Shown here: in pieces, positions 9,038-17,733 of the stretch
Layout: each line of letters opens with the position of its first letter
How positions within the stretch are numbered: the first letter of the stretch is position 1
Source of the DNA: Gloeocapsopsis dulcis
Lineage (GTDB): Bacteria > Cyanobacteriota > Cyanobacteriia > Cyanobacteriales > Chroococcidiopsidaceae
Length of the DNA stretch: 24,000 nucleotides
NCBI RefSeq assembly: GCF_032163395.1
Contig: NZ_CP119970.1
Span: 229,062 to 253,061 of the forward strand
Direction of reading: 5' to 3'
Made by a program: the position numbers and the translations under genes
The notes under the pieces: model-generated
Told to the model about the DNA's origin: nothing
The model's input: the letters and a program-made list of their open reading frames with translations, nothing else
Database searches by the model: none

Positions 9038-9051
9038 AGAACAAATGTACT
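9038..9051 (-). promoter_or_regulatory. Candidate cyanobacterial LexA box
   Basis: The minus strand reads AGTACATTTGTTCT and fits every position of the published cyanobacterial consensus RGTACNNNDGTWCB. It lies 52 nt upstream of the ATG of the 8327-8986 gene and inside an 8-bp inverted repeat TACAATAG/CTATTGTA. Confidence 0.4.
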
Positions 9052-9064
9052 ATTGTATTTTAGG

Positions 9065-9313
9065 CTATACAAATGGTGTAGACCACAGCGTCCAGTTCTC
9101 TTTATTGAAGGGCGATCGCCACTTCTGGATTAATGCTCGTTCTAACTGCTGTCGAGGCTTGGTTTTTACTGGTGCATCCCACCAGAAGGCAATGCTAACT
9201 GCTGTTTTCAATTTATGCTGATAGTGCAGACTTTGATAGTTCTCGATGTAGCGTTTGCAGTCGTGGGTTCCCTTCCAACGGGTATTTGACCGACACGTTT
9301 CGCCAATATACAG
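9065..9313 (-). pseudogene. 5'-truncated GIY-YIG-like nuclease family gene fragment
   Basis: Start-less open frame LYIGETCRSNTRWKGTHDCKRYIENYQSLHYQHKLKTAVSIAFWWDAPVKTKPRQQLERALIQKWRSPFNKENWTLWSTPFV*, with the stop at 9065-9067. The frame is cut at the IS630 end. Family assignment is from memory of cyanobacterial homologues. Confidence 0.5.
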
Positions 9314-10526
9314 AACTAGTGCTTTGTCAGGATGATATTGATGGGTATAGTCGCTTCAGTTTTATTCGAGCATCAGCTGTAGTAAATCGCCAATCTACAG
9401 TTGTTGCAGCTCGATTTCTGTCCTGTTCCCAAGCTGCTACCTCTTGTTTTAAAGTTTCTTGGTCGGGAATGCGTCGGTCGAGACATTGACGAGCTAAAAC
9501 GCTCAACTCAATCTCTGCCATATTTAACCAACTGCCGTGTTTTGGCGTATAGTGGAACTCTAATTTGTTAAGAATTCGTCTGGCTTCGGCTGGAGGAAAA
9601 GCTTTATAAACAGAAGCGGCTACATGAGTGTTGAGTTGGTCGTGGATGACAGTAATTTTTGCGGCTTGAGGATAACACTCATCAACAAGATATTTCATTT
9701 GATGTGCATAATCAATTGCCGTCCGTCGTTCGGTAACTTCTACATGCCGCCAACAAGTCAGTGGCTCAAAAAACATGAACAGATTACAGACTCCCTGGCG
9801 CTCGTATTGATAGTCATAACGTCGAACTTCGCCTGGTTCAAGCGGTAAAGGTTCGATTGTTTCTGCGACTAACTGTTTGCTAGTTTCATCAAAACAAACC
9901 CAAGGGTAAAGCGGATCGTAATGGCTAACGTAGATATTTAAAACATCTTCCATGCAACATACAAATTCAGCATTTTCTGTTGGTGGAATTACCCAAGATT
10001 TATTCAACCAAGATTTAAGTTCGTTTTTTTCAGTGTCTGTCGTACTGTCTCATGGCTCACTGCCTCAACGTATCCCCAATCCACCATATAGTCAGCTAGC
10101 ATCCGTAATGTCCATCGCCCTTGCCCCTCTGGTGGTTCGCTACAAGCTAAAGTAATTAAATAAGCTTCTTGTTGCCCATCCAGACAACGTGCTTTTCTCG
10201 TCTTGGGTTCGTGTCGTCCTAAAGCCTCTTCTATTCCCTCTTCTACTAATCTGCGGCGTACTCTTTCTATAGTTGAAATACTAATATCCAGCGCCGAAGC
10301 AATTTCTGTGTCTGTCCATCCTCCTCCAGCTTGACTAGTATCTGCTTTGAGCAGAATCCGTGCATGGTTGACCTTATAAACTGGGCTTTTTCCTTTGCTC
10401 GTTAATTGCTGTAAATATTCTCTTTCAGCAGCTGTTAGCGTGACAACATATTTCTTCGCCATGAGGATTTTCTTTACTTGGAGTGAGAATATCTCTCTTC
10501 ATTTTAATCTTGACAGATTACTAGTT
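9314..10526 (-). mobile_element. IS630-family insertion sequence, apparently intact (about 1.2 kb)
   Basis: Terminal IRs: AACTAGTGCTTTGTCAGGAT at 9314-9333 versus the reverse complement of 10507-10526, AACTAGTAATCTGTCAAGAT (16/20). TA is present on the left flank only. Confidence 0.8.
9327..10462 (-). CDS. IS630-family transposase made by a -1 frameshift at an A7 run
   Basis: ORF 10004-10462 is the HTH part, ending ..VRQTLKK. ORF 9327-10007 is the DDE part, with FDETSKQ, VIHDQLNTH and GSWLNMAEIE. Slippage on CTG AAA AAA ACG (T7 on + strand, 10024-10030) gives TLKKNELKSW, the usual IS630 junction peptide. Confidence 0.85.
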
Positions 10527-11342
10527 GCACATCTCGCAGCGATGCCTTTGATCATTGCTGCTGATGGTGTCACCGTTCCGTTTCGTCCACACCCTAAAAC
10601 CGCAAAAGGAGGAATTGGATGGCGAGAGGTGAAGGTCTCGCTCTTAGCCCGTTTCAGCAACCAACAGACCAAAACAGGTGTAACGAGAACTCAATTGCAT
10701 CAATGGCGTATCGTAGCAAGTTTAGGAAATATTGAGCACCTGAAACCTCGTCTCAAACTTGAAGCGCTCCGACAGGGCATGACCACAGCTTCGCAGGTTG
10801 TTTGGATTTCCGATGGTGCGCGTGGCTTTTGGCAGCTTTATCGAGACTGCTTTGCGCCGATTGGTGCTGTTGGCATTTTGGATTTTTATCATGCTACACA
10901 ACATTTGTGGCAAGCAGCAACCGCCTATCACGATGGCAATCCTGCCCGAACTCCTCAACAGTGGTTTGCTAGCCTGCGCCATCGGTTGCGCCACGGCTTC
11001 GGCAAAGGTATCATCAAAGAATTAGACTGGTTAAGCAAGTCCAAAAATACCGCCGAAGCAACCAAACCAATTCTGCGCCAAGTGCGAGATTACTTAAAGC
11101 TTCACCTTGACCACATCCAGTACCGCTCCTTCAAGCAGATGGGCTTGCCTATTGGTAGTGGTATGGTTGAGAGTGTTTGTAAGTGGGTGATTCAGCAGCG
11201 CTTTAAGGGAACCGGAATGCGTTGGAGTGAAGATGGATTTAATCACCTGCTCCATCTTCGTCTTGCTTGGGTTAATCAACGATTCGATTCTTTGTTCTCC
11301 AACGAAAGTTTATCGCTTTCGCTGTACTCCCCTGACCGTTAG
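10527..11342 (+). pseudogene. ISKra4-family transposase, C-terminal fragment only
   Basis: Reads VVWISDGARGFWQLY..ILDFYHATQHLW..GLPIGSGMVESVCKWVIQQRFKGTGMRWSEDGFNHLLHLRLAWVNQRFD. The N-terminal half is missing and the frame begins at the IS630 boundary. Confidence 0.7.
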
Positions 11343-11565
11343 ATGCGCCCTGTTGCTGGTAGGCAAATATCTGAGATTTTCACCTGCTTAACGCATCAAA
11401 ATCCATCACCAGCGTGTTTTGCTTTTGAACTAGGGTAGAGTTAATTTCGAACTCTGAAAATAGATTTAGCTGAGTTGGCTCCGAAGGCACCTTCTTAGTA
11501 AGAACCATTCAATAGTACACTGCACCCAAAAATGTTTCAGAGCAGTTTGACGATTGCTATGGATA

Positions 11566-12822
11566 CAGGACTTACGCAGCTGGCACATAGTCTATAGAAG
11601 GGGAGAACGCGTAATAGTACAAGCGCACTAAATAAAAATCAGACAGGACTGGATTGAAGTATTACAGTTAGTAAAAAAAATTGACTATCTATGGGATAGA
11701 GAAAGAGCATGAATGGGAGAATAAATTTGAGTGGATCTTCCGTCTGACTATGAAGTTTACGAAACTCAATTATTGTCAGTATTTATTGAGCAGTCAAATT
11801 AATTATACAATTACCAACTTAGCTGAACATTTAAAAACAGTCAGCCACGATAAAATCAACCGTTATTTAAAAAATGAGAAATTAACACCTCGTCTTTTCT
11901 GGGATAACGTTAAGGATTTAATCGAAATAGATGAAGAGGCGTAGACAATTTTTGATGACACAGTTATTGATAAAAGATATTCATCAGAAATAGAGTTAAC
12001 TAGGTGGCAATATAGTGGTAATGAGCATGGCGTTGTCAAAGGGATAGGATTAATAAATTGTATTTACGTCAATCATAAAGTTGGAAAATTTTGGGTAATA
12101 GATTACCGTATATATAATCCATTAGAGGATGGTAAAACAAAAATAGACCACGTATTAGATACGCTTCAAAGCCTGATTTACCATAAGGCTCTGCCTTTTA
12201 GCACCGTTTTAATGGACTCGTGGTATGCCACAAATCAGTTAATGTTACAAATTGATAGCTATGGGAAGATATATTATTGCCCTCTGAAACGAAATCGGCT
12301 AGTTGATGATACAGGAGGAAAAGAGGATTATAGACAGGTTCAAACTCTGTCATGGCAAGAAACAGAACTTAATTCAGGTAAAGTAATTAAAATAAAAAAA
12401 TTCCCTGGTGCCAAAAAAGTGAAACTATTCCGAGTAACTGTCTCTACCGACAGAACGGATTTCATCGCGACAAACGATTTATCTCAAGATTCTACGAACG
12501 TTGTACAAAAGGTGTGTAAGGTTCGATGGAAAATTGAAGAGTTTCATCGAGAATTAAAACAATTGACTGGGGTTGAATTATGTCAATGCCGTAAAGGACG
12601 TATTCAAAGAAATCATATTGCCTGCGCGATACTTGTTTGGACAAGGTTAAAATATTTTGCAGACAAAACTAGTCAAACAATCTATCAAATTAAGTACGGA
12701 TTGCTGTCGAATTATCTAATTCAACAACTCCAACGTCCTGATATTCTAATATTTTTGGTTTAGTTTCTTGAGCTGGACACGGCATAAACCCGCCGTCGCT
12801 TGTGACAGTTGCGTAAGTCCTG
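11566..12822 (+). mobile_element. IS701/IS4-superfamily-like insertion sequence with a 5-bp target duplication
   Basis: IRs: CAGGACTTACGCAGCTGGCACAT at 11566-11588 versus the reverse complement of 12800-12822, CAGGACTTACGCAACTGTCACAA (20/23). Flanked by GGATA at 11561-11565 and 12823-12827. Visibly more AT-rich than its surroundings. Confidence 0.8.
11750..12763 (+). pseudogene. DDE transposase with a single in-frame TAG
   Basis: ORFs 11681-11944 and 12212-12763 are in the same frame. The only interruption is TAG at 11942-11944. Contains DSWYATN, RWKIEEFHRELKQLTG and RNHIACAILVW, and is a homologue of the 21537-22530 transposase. Confidence 0.75.
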
Positions 12823-13139
12823 GGATAACAAAACTGCTGATAACTGGATGCTAGTGTTGATTGACTTTGCTGGCAATTTTGTAGAACTTCTTAAAAAAGA
12901 GTTGTATTACATAGATCGTTTTAACTCATAGAATTGCGTACTATTACTATTTTGTAAGCAGTGTTTATTACTAGCTTCAGGTACTTACTTGGATCACTTC
13001 TTCTTTCAGTTGCTTGAAGTGCTGTCATGCTATTTGTAGTTGTTATAACAAATTTGGACAGTAAGTTTTGTCACTATAATTCTGTCGTTCTAGACAATAC
13101 TGGCAACAATTTGATTTTTAATACAAATGCGAGGAGGTA

Positions 13140-14714
13140 GTGACATTGGTTCGTAATGCATTACAGGCTGTTGTGTTATTGGTGTCTCAAGTTATGACAC
13201 TTGGCGTTTACACTTCGAGTGCTCAAGCAAACTCTTTTCGCGTAGAAGAGGCATCAATCGCTGATATCCACACAGCAATGAAATCAGGATTAACTTGCCG
13301 TGAGTTGATGTCTTCGTATATTGAGCGCATACAAGCCTACGATAAAAAAGGACCAGCAGTAAATTCCATTATTACGCTCAATCCTCAAGCATTGGCGTTA
13401 GCAGATAGTAAGGACGCTTTATTTAAAAAATCAGGGTTGAGTGACCCCTTACACTGTATTCCAGTTATTTTGAAAGATAACGTTGACACCAAAAATTTGC
13501 CAACGACAGGTGCATCAATGACCTTGAGAGGCTCAATTCCTCCTGATGATGCTGTCGTTACAAGTAAGTTAGAAGCCGCAGGTGCCATTGTTATTGCTAA
13601 AGCAAATTTACACGAATTTGCTGCTTGGGGAGAAACGATTAGTTCGCTTGGCGGACAGACTCGCAATCCTTACGACTTGTCGAGAACGCCAGGCGGTTCG
13701 AGTGGCGGTACAGGAGCAGCGGTCGCAGCTAATTTCGGTGCAGTTGGTATTGGAACTGATACGGTTAACTCAATTCGCTCGCCAGCATCTGCAAATAGTT
13801 TGGTAGGACTTAAACCAACGATGGGTCTTGTCAGTCGCAGTGGTATAATTCCGTATTCTTTAACGCAGGATATGGCAGGACCAATCACGCGCACGGTTGC
13901 CGATGCTGCCAAAGTACTAGACACGATCGCTGGTTATGACCCTGACGATCCGGTTACAGCTTGGAGTGTAGGTCGTATTCCTCAGAGTTATACTAGCTTT
14001 TTACAACCCAATGGTTTGAAAGGAGCGAGAATAGGCGTTCTGCAAAATTTATTCGGTTCACAACCAGAGCACGCAGCAGTGAATCAGGTTATTAGTGCAG
14101 CGATCGCGCAGATGAGACAGCAGGGTGCAATTATTGTTCCAGTAAATATTTCTGGCTTAGATGCTGACCAACTTGTTTCTAATGTTAGTGTTCATCTCTA
14201 CGAACTTAAGCCACATTTACAAAGTTACTTGCAAAGTCTCGGTTCGGCTGCACCTGTCAAAACTTTTGATGAAATTGTTGCATCAGGAAAAACGCACCCT
14301 TCGTTAAGGGATATCCTGCAAAAGGCTCAGTCTTTAAGTACGGACGATTCGGAATACAAGACTCGTCTTCTCCAGCGATTAGAATTGCAACAAACACTGG
14401 TCAAAGCGATGGCAGATTATCAACTTGACGCTTTTGTTTACCCCCATCAAAGACAACTTGTTGTTCCTATTGGCGAATCTCAAGTTGGCAGAAATGGTGT
14501 TGTCGGAGCAATTACAGGTTTTCCTGCAGTTACTGTACCTGCTGGATTTTCACCCCGAAGTAAATCAGCATCAATTGGCGTTCCAGTAGGTATCGAATTC
14601 TTGGGTAGACCTTGGAGCGAACCAACCTTGCTTAGGCTTGCCTATTCTTTTGAGCAAGCTACCAAGCACCGTCGCCCTCCTGTCAGTACGCTTTTGATTA
14701 CCCGCACTCCTTGA
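13140..14714 (+). CDS. Amidase-signature (AS) family amidase with an N-terminal signal peptide
   Basis: N-terminus MTLVRNALQAVVLLVSQVMTLGVYTSSAQA-NS. AS motifs: ILKDN (Lys), GGSSGGTGAAVAA, GTDTVNSIRSPAS. GAGGAGG lies at 13130-13136. The start could be GTG 13140 or TTG 13146. Confidence 0.85.
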   Translation: MTLVRNALQAVVLLVSQVMTLGVYTSSAQANSFRVEEASIADIHTAMKSGLTCRELMSSYIERIQAYDKKGPAVNSIITLNPQALALADSKDALFKKSGLSDPLHCIPVILKDNVDTKNLPTTGASMTLRGSIPPDDAVVTSKLEAAGAIVIAKANLHEFAAWGETISSLGGQTRNPYDLSRTPGGSSGGTGAAVAANFGAVGIGTDTVNSIRSPASANSLVGLKPTMGLVSRSGIIPYSLTQDMAGPITRTVADAAKVLDTIAGYDPDDPVTAWSVGRIPQSYTSFLQPNGLKGARIGVLQNLFGSQPEHAAVNQVISAAIAQMRQQGAIIVPVNISGLDADQLVSNVSVHLYELKPHLQSYLQSLGSAAPVKTFDEIVASGKTHPSLRDILQKAQSLSTDDSEYKTRLLQRLELQQTLVKAMADYQLDAFVYPHQRQLVVPIGESQVGRNGVVGAITGFPAVTVPAGFSPRSKSASIGVPVGIEFLGRPWSEPTLLRLAYSFEQATKHRRPPVSTLLITRTP

Positions 14715-14755
14715 GTACTTCTAAATACCTATGCTCAGGCAATCAGAAACTGCAA

Positions 14756-15100
14756 TTAAAAGGTTGGCTTAAGTAGCTGTTGTGTTCGCGTTTCTAGCTC
14801 TTCTATGTCAATTAGCTCGAGTTCACATACTAGGCGTTCTAAAGCGAGAAGCCAGCGTTGATAATAATCCCAATTCGGATCGTCTTGGCAATGATTTGCT
14901 TCCCATTCAGCAATCGAAGCGATTAATTCTTGACGAAAATCCTCCCACTCGTAGTGTCCTTTTTTAGAAAGCGCGATCGCAACGCCAAATGCTCGACTTT
15001 CCCAATCTATTTGAAATAATAGCTCTCCGTTGCTGCGAGGCGGTGCATCTTGGTTTCCTAACATGCTTGCAGTCACGAACTGCTCAAACTTAATCTGCAT
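14756..15100 (-). CDS. Nitrile hydratase accessory (activator) protein, beta-subunit-homologue type
   Basis: 114 aa reading PPRSNGELLFQIDWESRAFGVAIALSKKGHYEWEDFRQELIASI..YYQRWLLALERL. This is the pattern of the small P14K/NhlE-like accessory proteins. It lies immediately downstream of the alpha subunit gene. Confidence 0.75.
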   Translation of the reverse strand: MQIKFEQFVTASMLGNQDAPPRSNGELLFQIDWESRAFGVAIALSKKGHYEWEDFRQELIASIAEWEANHCQDDPNWDYYQRWLLALERLVCELELIDIEELETRTQQLLKPTF

Positions 15101-15121
15101 TTGGCACTCCCAAAGATTGTT

Positions 15122-15733
15122 CTAAATACTTGTAGAAACTTGAACTTTAGCTGCTCCTTGCATTGCTTCTGGAGTAACTACAGCAGCGAGTTGTTCTTCT
15201 GTCCATCCTTCTGTACTTGCAGGGCGTTCTGGTATGACAAACCAGCGAATTTGGGCACTTGTATCCCATACTCTCACTTCAGTCGTTTCAGGAATATCTA
15301 GCCCAAACTCTTTTAATACTTTTCTTGGTTCTCTAATTGCCCTTGCGCGAAATGTTGGATCTTTGAACCAGTAAGGAGGTAAACCTAGAACTGGCCACGG
15401 ATAGCATGAACACAGAGTACATACAATTAAGTTGTGTACGTCTGGAGTATTTTCAATTGCCTTCATATGCTCTCCCTCAGCACCTGCCATGCCGCGCGGC
15501 AAATTCATTTGAGCGATCGCTGAAGGTGTATCTTCTAGCAAGCGTTGTTTGAATTCAGGATCTACCCATGCTTTGGCAACAATCTTAGCACCGTTAAACG
15601 GTCCCATATCTTTCTCAAAGAAGTCGATCACTTGATCAACAGTTTCACTTGTAATAATTCCTTTTTCAATCAGCAGAGACTCTAAAGCTTTAATGCGGGC
15701 TGCATTATAGGCTTCTCTGCTACTTTCATTCAT
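15122..15733 (-). CDS. nthA: Nitrile hydratase alpha subunit, cobalt-type
   Basis: Metal site VCTLCSCYPWPVLGLPP, with CTLCSC encoded at 15404-15421. Thr in C-T-L-C-S-C marks Co-type enzymes. The preferred start is ATG 15731-15733 with GAGGAG 8 nt upstream; the longer TTG-initiated ORF extending to 15811 overlaps the beta gene. Confidence 0.9.
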   Translation of the reverse strand: MNESSREAYNAARIKALESLLIEKGIITSETVDQVIDFFEKDMGPFNGAKIVAKAWVDPEFKQRLLEDTPSAIAQMNLPRGMAGAEGEHMKAIENTPDVHNLIVCTLCSCYPWPVLGLPPYWFKDPTFRARAIREPRKVLKEFGLDIPETTEVRVWDTSAQIRWFVIPERPASTEGWTEEQLAAVVTPEAMQGAAKVQVSTSI

Positions 15734-15762
15734 GACCTTAAGCTCCTCAAAAATCAATGCCT

Positions 15763-16482
15763 TCAGATAGGATTTTCGATATATGCTTCGTAGATATCTG
15801 CGTAAATCCAAGTTTTTGGCTCTGTTAAGTTACCCCAAATCTCATGGGAATCAAACTTGATACTGTAAATGGGCATTGGATCTCCCACACCATCCCCTGT
15901 TTGCAATGGATAGTTGTAAACGCCTTCGTAAACTACATCGACAACTCCCTTCTTATTTCGCAAGTATCCTGGTAATTTACAGTGTTCTGTTGGTAGCGGA
16001 TTCTTAATAGTTAAGATATCGCCTACACTGAACTTAGGTTTGATATCTGCCTTGCACTTGGGCGAATCTCCTACACGCAAATACTCAATCACTTGATTGT
16101 CAATTTCAGGCTTGCCACTATGAGGTAAAGAAGTATCGGATTTCTCTAAAAATATTTCAGTTTTGATATCAAATTCTGTTGTAGAAACGTATCCTGATTC
16201 AACAAAGAAACTGGAGATACCACTGAGCCACTTTTCATAGTAACAGTACTTGAAGTAGTCGAAAGGGTTCATTCCCTCTGCAAGCTTGCGCAGATTCGCC
16301 CACGTCCAGACACTTTTGAACTTAGTAGGTGTCACCTTCGCAGTTTCTAAATGCTGGCTAAGAGCCATCATTGCTACATGAATACCAAAGATTCGCTTTT
16401 CCCAAGGCTGAACAAAAACTCGCTTCTCGAAGTTAATGCGTCCTAGTCCCTCAAGTCCACCAAGATAATGCTGAAGTTTCAT
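15763..16482 (-). CDS. nthB: Nitrile hydratase beta subunit
   Basis: 239 aa with N-terminus MKLQHYLGGLEGLGRINFE..PWEKRIFG, plus YYEKWL and LPGYLRNKKGVV blocks typical of NHase beta. It lies directly upstream of alpha. Confidence 0.85.
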   Translation of the reverse strand: MKLQHYLGGLEGLGRINFEKRVFVQPWEKRIFGIHVAMMALSQHLETAKVTPTKFKSVWTWANLRKLAEGMNPFDYFKYCYYEKWLSGISSFFVESGYVSTTEFDIKTEIFLEKSDTSLPHSGKPEIDNQVIEYLRVGDSPKCKADIKPKFSVGDILTIKNPLPTEHCKLPGYLRNKKGVVDVVYEGVYNYPLQTGDGVGDPMPIYSIKFDSHEIWGNLTEPKTWIYADIYEAYIENPI

Positions 16483-16532
16483 TCGGTTGTTTGAGTAAGA
16501 GTAGCGTATCTAATTAAGTTATGTGCGCTTAA

Positions 16533-16574
16533 ACCGTAACAAAGCTACTAATAGTATTTTGTAATGAAGATTAC
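16533..16574 (-). promoter_or_regulatory. Candidate NtcA-activated promoter of the nitrile hydratase operon
   Basis: Perfect GTA-N8-TAC (GTAATCTTCATTAC, 16561-16574), then exactly 22 nt, then TACGGT (TAN3T-type -10 box, 16533-16538). It sits in the 121-bp gap upstream of nthB. Confidence 0.45.
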
Positions 16575-16779
16575 ATTTGTGACAGCCAAAGAGTGACAAA
16601 TATTTAAATTAAGCAGTTGCGGAACTCTTGTTTTAGCTGATTTTCATCCAAACTGCGACCGATAAAGATCAATTCGTTCCTGCGGCTCTCGCCTGGTTTC
16701 CAAGGGCGACCTGGTCTGCCATCCAATAGCATATGAATGCCTTGAAATACAAAACGCCGATCTTCTGCATCGACATTAA

Positions 16780-17733
16780 GAGCGCATTTCTAAATAAAAG
16801 ATGAAGTAGCTTCATACTGTTCCCCCAAACGTTGCAGCATCAATCGGATCATGGCTCCCTGAATCATTGCCTCACTCACTTCAGGTAACAGTTCATAATC
16901 CTTGCTCAAACGGCGATTCTGATTGAGCCAACCAAAAGTTCGCTCTACAACCCACCGCTTCGGTAGGACAACGAATCCTGCTTCAGAGCGCCTGACTACC
17001 TCGACTTTCGCACCACACAATTGTTCAATCACACGCGCAAAGTTCTCCCCTTGATAGCCCTGATCCACCCAGACCAATTGCAGTGTCTGTGCGTCTGCTT
17101 GAGCCATTTCATGCACGACAAACGCCCCCTTTTTGTTCTGAGCAATTGGCATTGATTACCAGTACTGAGATCAGCAGTCCCAACGTGTCCACTAGGATAA
17201 AGCGCTTGCGTCCTTTCACTAATTTGCCACCGTCGAAGCCGTAGACCTCCCCTTTTTTCCGTCGTTTTGACGGTTTGACTGTCGATACAACCTGCACTAG
17301 CATGAGGATTTCTTCCAGCAGCACCCCGGACTGATTGCCGTAGTTGGTCATGGATCTGCTGCCATACCCCTTGCGTTGCCAACGCCGAAAATACTTGTAC
17401 ACCGTCTGCCAAGCAGGCAGGTCTTTGGGCAAATCACTCCAGATACAACCATTGCGAAGTTGGTAGAAGATACCATTAAGGATCTCTCGTTCATCGACCT
17501 GTTGTTTGCGACCTCGACCTTGAGAACGAGAGGGCAGCAGGGGGCGAATCACTTCCCATTCTTGATCTGTTAAATCACTGCTATAGCGCTTGGCAGCACG
17601 TTCTTTAGCTCGATAAAACTGGCGAGTTTGCGGGGAGAGAACCATCGTCCAACTTTGAATTCACAACTAACCTATCCTGGTCTAACTAGCGTACTCCTGC
17701 CCTTCAGTTAATCTTTTTTTTAGAAATACACTC
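16780..17733 (-). mobile_element. IS5-family insertion sequence (about 0.95 kb) inside the COG0523 gene
   Basis: IRs: GAGCGCATTTCTAAATAAAAG at 16780-16800 versus the reverse complement of 17713-17733, GAGTGTATTTCTAAAAAAAAG (18/21). Flanked by TTA/TAA-type trinucleotides. The exact target duplication is ambiguous. Confidence 0.8.
16790..17645 (-). pseudogene. IS5-family transposase spread over three reading frames
   Basis: The recognisable path runs SDLTDQEWEVIRPLLP..ILNGIFYQLRNGCIWSDLP..YKYFRRWQRKG, then VWQQIHDQL..IDSQTVKTTEK, then GEVYGFDGGKLVKGRKRFILVDTLGLL, then ..VWVDQGYQGE..VLPKRWVVERTFGWLNQNRRLSKDYE. It needs frame changes at the homopolymer tracts 17367-17370, 17249-17258 and 17125-17134. 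Confidence 0.8.

Noticed and set aside
10395-10526. First 44 codons of ORF 10395-11342
   Set aside because: This part runs antisense through the 5' end and IR of IS630 no.2. Real ISKra4 homology starts only at 10527, so the ORF start is an artefact of the junction.
11437-11455. Hairpin AGAGTT-AATTTCG-AACTCT with a TTCG-containing 7-nt loop, checked as a possible tRNA T-arm
   Set aside because: No acceptor, D or anticodon arms can be built around it. I found no tRNA, rRNA or CRISPR array anywhere in the window.
13054-13080. Sigma70-like promoter TTGGAC ... TATAAT upstream of the amidase
   Set aside because: The spacer is only about 15 nt and the region is AT-rich, so hexamer matches are cheap. 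This is too weak to report as a feature.
13385-13924. Antisense and out-of-frame ORFs within the amidase gene (13385-13666, 13582-13806, 13670-13924), and similar ones inside other genes (1708-1995, 3888-4151, 6174-7208, 9624-9848, 10722-11279, 19487-19702, 20079-20288, 21002-21244)
   Set aside because: Each is nested in a longer frame with clear family motifs on the other strand or frame, and none shows a motif of its own.
15734-15811. N-terminal 26-codon extension of the NHase alpha ORF (TTG start at 15811)
   Set aside because: It overlaps the 3' end of the beta gene. The ATG at 15731-15733 has a GAGGAG Shine-Dalgarno at proper spacing and gives a normal-length alpha subunit beginning MNESSREAYNAARIKALE.
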